From: Azolla caroliniana
Taxonomy: Eukaryota > Plantae > Polypodiophyta
Length of the DNA: 25,124 bases
Assembly (NCBI GenBank): GCA_043228905.1
Contig: JBHGNT010000445.1
Coordinates: 1 to 25,124 of the forward strand
Reading direction: 5' to 3'
The notes below the pieces were generated by a model. That model saw only the letters and a program-made list of their open reading frames with translations, searched no databases and was not told where the DNA came from. The position numbers were made by a program, and so were the translations under genes. Positions 1-10,554 of the stretch are shown here, in pieces. The stretch's first letter is position 1; every line of letters starts with the position of its first letter.

Positions 1-587
1 GCATGGAATGCATTTCATGAGAAAGAGTGATACCATGGCAATGCTTTTTCTTTCTTTATTCTTCTTCTTCTTCTATAGTAATTACATACCTATTCTCTTC
101 TCATGCTTGCCTCCTTAAGGCAGAGTGCGAGCCATATCTATTCCCTTATGTTCACATCAAGTTATCATGCAAACAACAAGAATTTGCCCATTCGCCGCAA
201 TGTGTTTGTATTTAAGTGATTCCCACCAATGGAAGCAATCGGACTACGTGTTCCAATTGCTTCAGAGAAGCACTCTTGGGGAATCCATTTGATTTCTTGC
301 GACCAAATATGTCCTTCTGGCCATTGCTGCCGATATCAGTTTCCTAGGTATATAGCTTGGTTGAGAGAAAGGTTTCCCCTGGGTACAGTGCAAGCAAAGC
401 ATAACCTATCAAGGGTAACCTCGTACAGAAATTGACACCAAATCATCATCCCAAGAAGACACAAGAGACTTACAAATGAAAAACCTGTGGTACATTCCAA
501 TAAAGAGTGTTGTTACATATGGAAGTTCAGTTAGAATGATTCATGAAGTGCAAGTAACAAATAGGTGTTTTTGATGCTGTTTTTTTA

Positions 588-3020
588 TTAAGTAGTGGCA
601 GGGCGATGGGTACTGTTGGTGTGGGTGATGATGATCCCAAGCTCTGCCCTGATGTCCATCATAACTTCATGGAGCAAGCCATGGTGGATGGGAGGGTTCA
701 GCACACGGTAATGCTGAAGAAGCTTCTCCAGTTGCTCTCCTTCCCTTCCCTGCTCAAGCTTCTCCCTTCGGATCAGCTGCATCATAGATGCCTTGAAATC
801 TGTATAAGCATCGGCCGAGTATTGAACCACCACAACTCCTCCATCATCTGCATCATTATCATCTTCAACTTCGGACTCGCCATTGCCATTGCCATTGCCA
901 TTGCCACTGCCGCAAGATCGTGCTCTCTGTGAAGATTCCGATCCCGACCCAGACCCTTGGTTCAGATCTGGCATGCATCCTGCAAGGCCTTCTTCTTGAT
1001 CTTCCCGACCGGATTCCGACCCCACTTGCTCCTCATCATCCTGTCCCAATTCTGACCCTTGCTCTTCTTCACCATCCAGTCCCCACTCCAACCCTATTTC
1101 TCGGGCATCGACCTCAGATTCCGTACCCGTGGCTGCTGCTTCCTCCTCATCCGTGGCTGATTCCAATCCCGATTCTCGATCCTGTACAGACGATGCACTC
1201 GGTGAGCTCGGCGCGTCGTGAAATGCTACAGTTCGAGCTAATTTCACAACCTCGGGGGCATCTGTCCTGGTGGTGGAATCTGTTAGGTCGGAATCATGGC
1301 GGGGTTCTCCGGCCTCCACTGCTGCCACATAATCGTATTGTGGTGGCACGGGTGCAGGTTCTTGACTACCAAGTTCAGTCCTAGGGCTGCTGCCACTCAA
1401 TGGTGGTATGCTCATATGTGCTTCTGAATTTGCTAGAGATGTGGTGGCGCACTCAGAAGATGAAGGAGATGAGGGAGATGGAGATGGAGATGGAGAGGAT
1501 GTGTGGTCTCCACCACATGGGCTGGAACAGCATGATCTCATGAGCAAAGCCCCAAAGCTACTCGACCTTCTGCTTCTCTTACTATCACTACCATCATCGC
1601 TACTGCTACTGCTGCTACTACAAGCACCGCCGCTCTCTGAGTTGTTGCTTCTAGAACCTTCCTTCATCATAACGTCGCTAGGATCAGGGCGGAGCAATGC
1701 TGAGATATGAGAATCTTGTGGTGGGCTCTGTGTGGAGGAGGCGGAAATGGCAGCCCTGGAATCATCCTCGTGGTTGGAGCTAGTAAGGGCAAAGCTGCTT
1801 GATCTGGGCGTGGTTAGAGAAGTGCCATCTCCACCGCCCTTTGTTGAGGCGGCCGATTCGGTTGCCACTGCCGAAGAAGAAGAAGAAGAAGAAGAAGAAG
1901 AAGACTGTGGCCGCTTGGGCCTCTCATGTTGCCATCGGGATGGAGGCCGAGGCTGATGATTATGTTCGCCACGAGAATCGGGCCGGCGATGATGAGGTTG
2001 AGGAGAACGAGGCCGAGGCTGAGGCTGAGGCTCCATTGATGGAAAACCCAATGATGATGGAGATGGAGATGGAGATGGAGATGGAGACTGAGATGGAGAA
2101 GCTGCATTGCGGCTCCTCCGGCCGGCCGAGGGTTGCGAGGACCGATCGAAGAAGGAGGTGCGGTCCGAAGCGGTGTTGGTGGTAGGGGCGGAAGAAGACG
2201 GTGGCACTTTCCCGATCAGAAGAAGCGGTGGTGGGTAGGGCGGCAGCCTCGGCTTGACCTTCTTCCGAGGAGGAGCCGGCTGAGCCGATGAATCGGGGCG
2301 AGGGCTTATATATAAAGCAGAGGCAGAGGCAGAGGATGGGCGTGGTACGAACGCGGGGGGCGGGCCGAGAGACGATGGGCGGTTGGAAATGTCGAGAAGC
2401 AGCGAGACCCTACGAGGCGTGTAGGAGTAAGGAGGATTGAGTTGGACACGGGGGCTCGTGGTCGCCGAGGCGTGCCGTTTTGTGTACCGAGTAAGGGAGG
2501 AAGGATTACAACGGGCGGACGAAGGCATTCGGCTAGAATCAAGGCGGCCATGATGGTGTGCCCCAACGGCCCCCGCCTCGAGCATCATCATTGGCCGGCG
2601 TATGAAGACCGGATAGAGAGATGGGTCGTGTTTGTTCTTCCTACGCTCCGTGATGGAGGATTGCGCGTTGATCCGCCGGCACATCCCCAGCAGGTTCTGC
2701 AAGTGGTTGAATGTGACCGAGGGGTGCTGGGATCGGTTCCTCTGCAGCTCTTTCACGGTGCGCGGCGGGAGGCGGAAAGACGCGAGGTCGGCTTGCGATT
2801 GGACGCGCGCGCGCCTGTTCCGGCTCAGCGTGGGCCCACCGCGGCGCACCACACGCTCCTCTTGTGCGGACCACTGCGTGAAGCCCGACGGCTTCACGCG
2901 CTCCACCCGACGGAATGTCTCGCGCACCTCCACCATTGCATCTTGCCATATCGCGGGCCGCCCATCGCCACAGAAGTTCGCAGGCTGTGGTTTCGGCCTT
3001 TCTCGCACCGCGGGCGCCAT
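588..3020 (-). CDS. OFP: OVATE family protein (OFP), single-exon ORF of 810 aa with C-terminal OVATE (DUF623) domain
   Basis: The C-terminus VVVVQYSADAYTDFKASMMQLI...LEKLLQHYRVLNPPIHHGLLHEVMMDI (about 640-836) matches the OVATE consensus (V-V-K-S-x-D-P-Y-x-D-F-R-x-S-M...LEELL-x-x-Y-L-x-LN-x-x-x-H). It is preceded by a long Ser/Pro/acidic low-complexity region typical of OFPs. The start codon is the first ATG of the ORF and is unverified. Confidence 0.85.
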   Translation of the reverse strand: MAPAVRERPKPQPANFCGDGRPAIWQDAMVEVRETFRRVERVKPSGFTQWSAQEERVVRRGGPTLSRNRRARVQSQADLASFRLPPRTVKELQRNRSQHPSVTFNHLQNLLGMCRRINAQSSITERRKNKHDPSLYPVFIRRPMMMLEAGAVGAHHHGRLDSSRMPSSARCNPSSLTRYTKRHASATTSPRVQLNPPYSYTPRRVSLLLDISNRPSSLGPPPAFVPRPSSASASALYISPRPDSSAQPAPPRKKVKPRLPPYPPPLLLIGKVPPSSSAPTTNTASDRTSFFDRSSQPSAGRRSRNAASPSQSPSPSPSPSPSSLGFPSMEPQPQPRPRSPQPHHRRPDSRGEHNHQPRPPSRWQHERPKRPQSSSSSSSSSSSAVATESAASTKGGGDGTSLTTPRSSSFALTSSNHEDDSRAAISASSTQSPPQDSHISALLRPDPSDVMMKEGSRSNNSESGGACSSSSSSSDDGSDSKRSRRSSSFGALLMRSCCSSPCGGDHTSSPSPSPSPSSPSSSECATTSLANSEAHMSIPPLSGSSPRTELGSQEPAPVPPQYDYVAAVEAGEPRHDSDLTDSTTRTDAPEVVKLARTVAFHDAPSSPSASSVQDRESGLESATDEEEAAATGTESEVDAREIGLEWGLDGEEEQGSELGQDDEEQVGSESGREDQEEGLAGCMPDLNQGSGSGSESSQRARSCGSGNGNGNGNGESEVEDDNDADDGGVVVVQYSADAYTDFKASMMQLIRREKLEQGREGEQLEKLLQHYRVLNPPIHHGLLHEVMMDIRAELGIIITHTNSTHRPATT
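879..2098. repeat. In-frame coding microsatellites within the OFP gene: (GCCATT)n about 879-906, (GAA)n about 1874-1903, (GGAGAT)n about 2059-2085
   Basis: Directly visible; they encode GNGNGN, poly-Ser and SPSPSP tracts in the minus-strand protein. Confidence 0.9.
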
Positions 3021-3142
3021 TGATAGAGATTGATAGATATTGATTGATTGATATTGATCTCAGGCTACCTGACAAGCAAAACGCCTGTTTCTCTCGCCGG
3101 ATTTTATCATCTTCTTACACCATTGCGTCGCACATGAGTGCT

Positions 3143-3412
3143 TGAATCATCTCTTCTTTGATCTTCCTTCCCGACCATTATTAAACCATGTCTTCTTCTT
3201 CTTCTTCTTCTTCGATCTTCCCCAGCATTATTAAATCATGTCTTTCTTCTGCGATCTTCTCAAGTCTTATTAAATCATGTCTTCTTCTTCTTCGATCTTC
3301 CCAGCATTATTATTAAATGGTGTCTTCTTCATCCATCTTCTCGAACATTATTAAATCATTGTCTTCTTCTTCTTCTTCGATCTTCTGGAGCGTTATTAAA
3401 TCATGTCTTCTT
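3143..3412. repeat. Minisatellite of about 6-7 imperfect units, each about 38-50 bp (ATTATTAAATCATGTC(TTC)nGATCTTC...), upstream of the OFP start
   Basis: The TTAAA(T/C)CAT core occurs at 3181, 3231, 3270, 3351 and 3396, with a variant TTAAATGGT at 3313; each is followed by a TTC run and usually GATCTTC. Confidence 0.9.
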
Positions 3413-3604
3413 TGGTCTGTTTGTATCGGTTTCTCTCCCTAGTTTCCCTTTGTCCCTTCCCCCTGTTTCCTGTGCTTTCTTGTTCTGGGCCATGCTTTCA
3501 CTGCGCTCCCACCCCCATTCATTCTCTTCTTCATTTCCATTCCATTCATTCCTGTCATTTGTGGGCTCCCAAGAATCAAAGGGACGGCGGAAGTTGCAGC
3601 CAAT

Positions 3605-3691
3605 TCTCTCTCTCTTTTTCTCTCTCTTTTTCTCTCTCTTTTTCTCTCTCTGTCTCTGTCTCTCTGTCTCTCTCCCTCTAACACACACACA
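3605..3691. repeat. CT/GA-rich compound microsatellite in the putative OFP promoter or 5' leader
   Basis: (TC)n, TTTTTCTCTCTC, (TCTCTG)n and (AC)n runs. Confidence 0.8.
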
Positions 3692-6683
3692 TTGGCAACT
3701 ACTTGTCCCCCCCACAAGTTACAACCCCCATTTCTTATGTACTCTTCTTCTTCCTCTTTTGTCTTATGTTTTTTCTAGTGACCTCCTTTGGTACCCCCTC
3801 CAAGACCAACAACACATACACACGCGTGCCCCCGGTATCAAATTCTCGTGTACGCGGCCACCCGACCCTCGAACCCATCGTTCAATCGTTCCATGGAGAG
3901 TTCCATCGGAGATGAAGAAGACAATCATAGGAACATTTCAGTCACGAATGCAGCATGCAAACACATTATTATGTCTTTCTAGTGGGCTTTAGAAACCGCC
4001 TGTGTATTAGACTCGAGCCATATCCTCGCTTCCCGATGTTGAATCCTAAGGAATATATATATAAATTTATAATATACATATATATAAGAACAAACATGTA
4101 TCCACCATAATCGCATGCTTCTACAAGTAGATTGGATATCCATACTTTCAAAACCTAGAACGCTTTCGTACTCATCACACCTCAGATTGTATTTTCGCAT
4201 CAAAATCACAGTTGCGGATATTGCGCTTGCTTGGAGACTAATTAACCATGTGAATAACCGACTTCGAAAGGAAGTCCAATTAACCATGCTCAATATAGTG
4301 CGACAAGATAAATGCCAGATGACGATAGATCGAAGGGGGTTTTTGAAATAAATGTGTTGCAAATATGAGAGGTTTATTCTTTGATATGACTATGTACGAG
4401 GAAAACCTCATAAGCATGCCTAAGAAGTGGAAGTCAAGTCATTGTTACACATGGTGAAAACTTAAAAGTTCATTTGCCTCGTCTTTTAGAAGCAAGATCT
4501 TGGTGATGCCATTACATGGAAGCAGAGGAGAAACGATGAACAATAAAAGACCTAAGTCATTCCGAGCTAGGGCATAGTTCAACACGAATTTTCGAGAAAA
4601 CCAACAACTTTATGTAGAAAGGTAGCCTAAAAAATGCCCAACTTCTTACGAAATTTTTCATTTGTTCAACAGAGGATACTCATCTTAAACCTTAGGAAAA
4701 TGTTATGATATTGTCGATGTTTCGATAGAGGATTCCTTGTTCTTTAAGTTTCTTAACAATAAGGTTATGGAAAAGACCAAGCTCAAACTTTTTACACCAT
4801 TTTTTTCCCTAAAGACAAAACTATATTGAGAGGTCATTCAATATTTGAAAAATGCTATCTCCAAAAACCCAACACAAATGAAAGCATGAGACTCCAAGAA
4901 TATGCCTACAAAATGCTTATTCCTCCTCACTAACAAACACTTGAGGAATCATTCCTTGCTATTGAATTCATGATTCGTGAACACCTATTTCTCTATTTCG
5001 AATATGTGGTTGTACGAAAAAGCACATCTCTTTGAAATCGTAACATATATTCTAATGTTTCACCAAGTCAAAAATTAACATACCACCCAAGTGGCTACCA
5101 ATGTGTATATACCCTATCATTAATGCAACTACTTATGTCATAGAAAAATATTGACGATAAAGGAGCTAGAAGTAATACGTCTATTATATAAAGAGTTCTC
5201 TTTGAAATGGACGCAATGAGCATCACACATGAACATGTTCTTTTCTTTTGGGGGAAGGAGGGGGGTAGGGTTCCTTTATTGGCTAGTTATATAAAAAAAT
5301 AATGATGGCAATCTAGATCTTTTACTAGCTTGCTTGTAATAATGACATTCTAGATCTTTTTCCCAGCTTTCTTGTACTCAGTGTGCAAATGTGCGGATGA
5401 GGATGAGATGTGGAGGATTAGAGTAAGAGGATGAGGCAAGGGAGAGCGGGTGAGCGAAACTTATTGGGAGGCAACATGATGCCAAACGAATGGATGAGCA
5501 AATGGGATGAGCAAATGAGATCAAGCATAGAACCTAGTAGCATGCCACATGGGTCTATGAAAGAGAGCTAATCATGTATAACGAATAACATATGAACAAT
5601 GTATGCAACCTACACAGCACGCATATCAAAACTCTACAACCTCATAAGAAACTTTACAATACCTATACAACCTTACAATCCTTCACTTCTTGGTGGTTGT
5701 AACAATTGAACTAATTACTACTTCCATGTGTGAAAAAAAAAAAATCAAATAGTAAGACAATAGACTATCTATATTGCTTATTTTTGCAAAATATTGTCTA
5801 TGAGACTATCTATATATGTATGTATTAACATCTTATTTCTATCGGAGACCATAACAAACTATTCATAAACATTTTTGGTATTAACCAAAAGACATAATTC
5901 GACTCAGTTGCTCCATTTATCCCTAGCTTGTTCAAATTACTTTTTGCATGATCCATCTTTGATACTTTGCAATCTCGGTCAAATATTAATTGAAGGTACC
6001 AATTTATACACAGTTTCCGTAGGAACCTCCAATCATATATCATACTATAACTTCATTGTCCCCCTATAATTCAAAACAAGGAGTTTGACACTACAAGTCT
6101 ACAAGATCAAATTGAACCACTTGAGTCCAAATCTTACATGTCTTAAAATAAGCAGGCAGTCATGGCATAGCTGGCATATTGCTCCACGATTGTACGAACG
6201 AGGAATCTTATCCACTTTGAGAGATTATTATTCAACCTTTTCATGCTCCATGCTTTCTCGAGTTCCGATGTCTCCAATTGCAGACAGCTCATCATCATGT
6301 CCTACAAGATATCATCATTTCGATGGATGCACATCATTGTTTCTCTTTCTTGCGAGTTCTTGCAACTTTTATTTTAAGAGACGCCTTCAAATCACACCAA
6401 TCATATTTCCATTCTAATGCACCAAGGAAATGAAGTCTGATGATGCTTGCATAGGAAAGAATACCAAACTACGAACACTTCAATTCGTGATGTATGTCAC
6501 CGTTGAAACTGTAAGACCAATGAGATGTTTCGAGTGGTATTTCTGGTACCTCTTGCATTAGCCCATAAACTTCATCCATCCACAAACATAATCTCTACCA
6601 AAATTTGTTGTATTCTGGCATTGAATCATGAAATGAATCACAAAATTTATGACTGCACTATAGCATGGCCCAAGGCATTTAAT

Positions 6684-7028
6684 CTACATGAGTTGCTCTC
6701 CATGATCTACTGCAAAACAATGTCCGAAGCAAGAAAACCGTCGCTTCGACTTAGCAGGGCTTTCTCCATCCGAAGAGTCATCCTTGCATTTTGGACTCTC
6801 CACATCTGAGATAGCAATATCTTTACTTGTGCTTCCATTCTTCAGGCCATCCATATTGGGCGAGAGACTTTGTTGCTTAGAAATAGTTGGTAAGGTACTC
6901 AGCACAGACCTTAGCAAAGGAATAACTTGACTGAAAGATGGCCGTGCATCGGGATCTTCTAACCAACATGATCTTAAGATGAAGACAAGATGTTCTGGCA
7001 AACCATCCGGAATAGTTGGTCTCACATT
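6684..7028 (-). CDS. Raf-like kinase, coding exon 6 (terminal)
   Basis: Acceptor CTAACAG; reads NVRPTIPDGLPEHLVFILRSCWLEDPDARPSFSQVI...KRRFSCFGHCF...stop. The six exons total 1353 nt (450 aa plus stop) with all phases compatible. Confidence 0.92.
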   Translation of the reverse strand, partial: NVRPTIPDGLPEHLVFILRSCWLEDPDARPSFSQVIPLLRSVLSTLPTISKQQSLSPNMDGLKNGSTSKDIAISDVESPKCKDDSSDGESPAKSKRRFSCFGHCFAVDHGEQLM

Positions 7029-7108
7029 CTGTTAGAAGTGGCCTAATGTCAATAGTGATCACCTTTAATCCAATCAAAATATCTAATAAAGCAAGTAATT
7101 TGACAAAC

Positions 7109-7267
7109 CTTAAAGGCAGCTGCATATGCTGCTTGAAGATTGGACATACCCTCGAAAGGCATTCGGTTTGTAATCAATTCCCAAAGGACAATTGCAAAGC
7201 TGTAGACATCCACCTTCTTGTTATAATGCTTCTTATCTCCAAGACGTAAGGTAATTGTGCTATAGAG
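7109..7267 (-). CDS. Raf-like kinase, coding exon 5
   Basis: Acceptor TTTTCAG; reads LYSTITLRLGDKKHYNKKVDVYSFAIVLWELITNRMPFEGMSNLQAAYAAAFK, the insert characteristic of the ATN1 subfamily; donor AAG|GTTTGT. Confidence 0.95.
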
Positions 7268-7354
7268 CTGAAAAGATATTCCGACTAAGCAGATGAAAAT
7301 TGAAAATGGTAAACGATCTTAAACACTCAGCTTGAGACAAAAAACGAAGTGTAC

Positions 7355-7479
7355 CTCTGGCGCCATCCAACGATAGGTTCCAGTCTCTGCTGTCATCATC
7401 TCTGTCAGGGATTCTTCCCGAGCCAATCCGAAATCGATTAGTTTGACAGATTTTTGATCCTTTGTCAGCAACAGATTCT
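7355..7479 (-). CDS. Raf-like kinase, coding exon 4
   Basis: Acceptor GGCAG; reads (E)[41 protein letters not shown] (DFG and the GTYRWMAPE signature of group C Raf-like/STY kinases); donor GAG|GTACAC. Confidence 0.95.
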
Positions 7480-7687
7480 CTGCCAGAATTATAAATTCAA
7501 AAAAAACGGAAACTTAGAACCATGTTGTTAAAAGAAATAAGGGCTGGTTCCTCACACAAATGTCCCCAAAATCTAAAAACAAACACTTATGTTACCATGA
7601 AATGAATTTTTAACTAACTCTACACCAAACAGAGGCTAGAGTAGAACAACATTTACGTTTTCGGATATTAATTGAGTAGGTATAACT

Positions 7688-7905
7688 AAACTCAAATATC
7701 TCTTAAGCTTGAGTCAAACTCAGCATCCTTGCTATACAATGTTAAAGAACAAACATACCCTACAATCTCAAGCAGATCCCTATGACATACAATAAATAAA
7801 TTCAAATATCTCTTGATCTTGATTCTAATCCAGGATTCTTGCTATATAATATTAAAGAATAAGCATACCCTACAACTTCAAGCAGATTCCTATGGCATAC
7901 ATATA
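7688..7905. repeat. Two-copy ~110-bp tandem duplication in kinase intron 3
   Basis: TCAAATATCTCTT at 7692 and 7802; CATACCCTACAA at 7754 and 7864. Confidence 0.9.
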
Positions 7906-7986
7906 ACCACAAAGAATAAAGTTATAATCAGAAACATCCTTACACACTCAAGTAAACGTATATAAGGATAATACATTCAATCTTAC

Positions 7987-8182
7987 CAGGTTTAAGATCT
8001 CTATGAATAATTCTATTGAGATGAAGGCATTCCATCGCATAGGCAATATCCAAAGCAAAACTAAGGGCCACGTGCAGATCTAATGAATTGGGTCTCAAGC
8101 TTAGCAAGTGTTTGCGAAGAGATCTTCCGGGCAGAAGCTCTGTTACTATGGCCATCACTGGACTTTTGCAAGCACCTATGAA
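7987..8182 (-). CDS. Raf-like kinase, coding exon 3
   Basis: Acceptor TGCAG; reads FIGACKSPVMAIVTELLPGRSLRKHL...IIHRDLKP (catalytic loop); donor G|GTAAGA, phase 1. Confidence 0.93.
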
Positions 8183-8224
8183 CTGCAGCAAAGATCAAGA
8201 CATGTTACACATTAACATACACAA

Positions 8225-8790
8225 ATCATTCCGCAACTTAAGATGCTAGAATTTTAGACATAATTTGGTTTAGTTCTTTCACATGCTTCCACGGGAAATT
8301 ACATAAAAAATAAAAAAAAGGAAGCCAGATTTAAGTAAATGGCATGAACAACATTATGCACCTTATAAGGTGCTAGAATTTTAGACATTGCTAGGTTGAT
8401 TCCTTCATATACTTTATAGAGAAATCCCACTAAAACTAGCATTAAGGCAATAGCATGATTATGCAACTTCCGATTCAAGAACTGTTGACATCATTAACTT
8501 AGTTCCTTCGTATTCTATGATGAAAAATGATGCCAAAAAACACATAAAGATAACTAGAATCAATAGTATAGGTGAAAATATCATAGTTCCACCAAAACTA
8601 CTCAAAATTTCAACATCAGTGGATTAGTTCCTTCATAATTCTTTGGATAGATATGATACCAAAAAACACATAGAAGCAATCAGAAATAAGCCAATAGCTA
8701 ACAGATCACAACGTAAACAAAGCTTTGATAAGATTTTAGATATCAGTGTCTTGGTTCCATCATATGCTTTGAAGAAACATGACCACTGAT
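8225..8790. repeat. Degenerate tandem array of about 105-127-bp units (about 5 copies) in kinase intron 2
   Basis: TGCTAGAATTTTAGACAT at 8244 and 8371; CCAAAAAACACATA at 8533 and 8659; recurring TTAGTTCCTTC-like motif. Confidence 0.7.
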
Positions 8791-8806
8791 GCCGAAAATT
8801 TTATAC

Positions 8807-8939
8807 CTTCACCAAGTTCTTGTGATGAACTCTAGACATCATATCAGCTTCACGAGCAAACCGAGCTTCTATCTTTAACTGTTCTTCCTCCCTCTCAGAT
8901 CTTTGCAGCACTTTCACAGCCACACTCAGTTCTCCATAT
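8807..8939 (-). CDS. Raf-like kinase, coding exon 2
   Basis: Acceptor CAG at 8942-8940; reads (R)YGELSVAVKVLQRSEREEEQLKIEARFAREADMMSRVHHKNLVK (VAVK lysine and alphaC Glu); donor AAG|GTATAA. Too short for the ORF track; found manually. Confidence 0.92.
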
Positions 8940-9780
8940 CTGATCTCCAAAACATGAAACGGAAAGACATCAACAGTCAAGTAAACGAAAAAGCATTATC
9001 CTTTCACCTTAAGAATGTTCCACGAGAGAAAGTAATAAATAAATCTTTAAGAGTGTGGAAACTGATGAGACAAACATATTAATGCTTACTAAACTTCACA
9101 ATCACGTGGACTAGAAGAGTTGTCTTTTGACATTCGCTTATTAAAAGATGGACGAAAACCAGGAAAAGAATCCCTAAAAGAATAAGCTTTTGACATGCCT
9201 TGACATTGTGAAACTAATGAGATGAAGACGAACACGTCTGTAGAATACCTTCCTTAGTAGAAATCCTAGTCAAGAAGATTGTAAGCATTATCATTTTTCT
9301 CCTTACCAGGTTTAAGTAAAACGAAGTAAAGACAAGCACAGAATGTGTGCGCTATGCTGGAGAGGCAGCAACAAATCTAATCCTTAGGAATGTCAAAAGA
9401 GGTAAAAGCAAAATATTACCTTTTCATATTAAGGAGGGGAAAACAGGTACAGAATGCCTGTGAGAATAGGCTATGGACCTGTAGCAAATCTAATCCTTAA
9501 GAATTACAATGAAAATAAACTGAATGAATTATCTTCTCAGCTTTGCAAATTAAGGGAGGCATATGCAACCATTAAGAACGCTGAGAATGATAAAATGATC
9601 AATCTAATCACCATAACTTCATAACTTAGCATCAACATATCTAATAGACAAAGAGCACATTCATGCAAACATTTACTCATTCATTTAGTTCATGAGATAT
9701 ATCAAGGCTATTGTCATTTCGAATCCTTAAGGACGTTGAGATCTTTATATGCATGAATATACAAAAATTATGGAAAATAC

Positions 9781-10175
9781 CTTCCTTCATAGACCTTCCC
9801 GTGCGCACCTTCACCAATCTTTCCTCCAACGCGAAGAGAGTTCGGATCAAGGATCCATTTCTCCTCCACGTTGAGCTCCACTCCATTGATTATTTTTTCA
9901 TTAAGCAGAGCTGAAGGTATGTGAGAATCTTTATCCGAACCTTTGTGTCTATCTTTCTCTGAATTGTAAGGATCATTCTCCGAACCTCCATAACGATCTT
10001 TCTCTGAAGCTCCATAAGGATCCTTGACTGTAGCCTTAAAATGATCCTTTTCTGAAAATCGCTGATGATCTTTTCCTGTTTTATCTGAAGGACGCAGCAA
10101 ACGTATCTTCGCCGAAATCTCTTTCTTTATAAGGAGCCTTTCTTCATCGTCTGCTTTCAAGTCCTTGAGTCCCAT
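9781..10175 (-). CDS. Raf-like (STY/ATN1-like) protein kinase, coding exon 1
   Basis: ATG at 10175; ends EEKWILDPNSLRVGGKIGEGAHGKVYEG (subdomain I, GxGxxG); donor AG|GTATTT at 9780, phase 2. Confidence 0.9.
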
Positions 10176-10215
10176 AGATTTACGGAAGACAAAGAAGACA
10201 GAAAAAGATTAAGAT

Positions 10216-10448
10216 GAGGAGGAGGAGGAGGAGGCGGATGAAGAAGGTGAAGGTGAAGGTGAAGGCATCCGATTAGAGATTAATGGATTGATTGCTCCAG
10301 GAGATATCGATAAAGGCGTAAAGAGAGGAGAAATGTACGAAAAGGAAAGGAGAGGTCACCATGGCTGCTGCAGGAGGAAGCAAGGGAAAAGAAGAAGAAG
10401 AAGAAACAAACAGACGAAGAAGAAGAAGAAGAAGAAGAAGAAGAAGAC
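10216..10448. repeat. (GAG)n, (GAAGGT)n and (GAA)n microsatellites in the putative kinase 5' leader
   Basis: Directly visible; pyrimidine-rich (CTT/CCT) on the sense strand, as is common in plant 5' UTRs. Confidence 0.8.
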
Positions 10449-10554
10449 GATGAAGAGGAAATGTCTCCCGTTTTTCTTCTGCCAAAAAATATGTATACAT
10501 ATGTATGTATAATAAAAATAGTTTCTATTCCATTAATATTTTTTATATCTACCT

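Noticed and set aside
212-345. Open minus-strand frame after a CTAG acceptor-like site as an extra terminal exon
   Set aside because: The OFP ORF already ends at 588 after a complete OVATE domain; no motif or donor support.
606-3075. Several overlapping ORFs on the opposite strand or alternative frames of the OFP gene (e.g. 2442-3023, 920-1384)
   Set aside because: Shadow ORFs of a GC-rich, repeat-rich CDS; no recognisable motifs.
3143-3412. Repeat array as a CRISPR-like locus
   Set aside because: Units are contiguous and vary only in TTC number and point changes; there are no unique spacers or cas genes, and the context is eukaryotic.
3401-3992. ORFs of 92-180 aa
   Set aside because: Produced by CT/GA microsatellites (SLSF/ERKR repeats).
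3979-5100. Possible decayed coding or TE fragment between the two genes
   Set aside because: Only short ORFs without recognisable homology.
9302-9316. 15-nt exact match (CTTACCAGGTTTAAG) to the exon 3 donor region at 7982-7996
   Set aside because: Similarity does not extend and there is no kinase-like frame; cannot be distinguished from chance.
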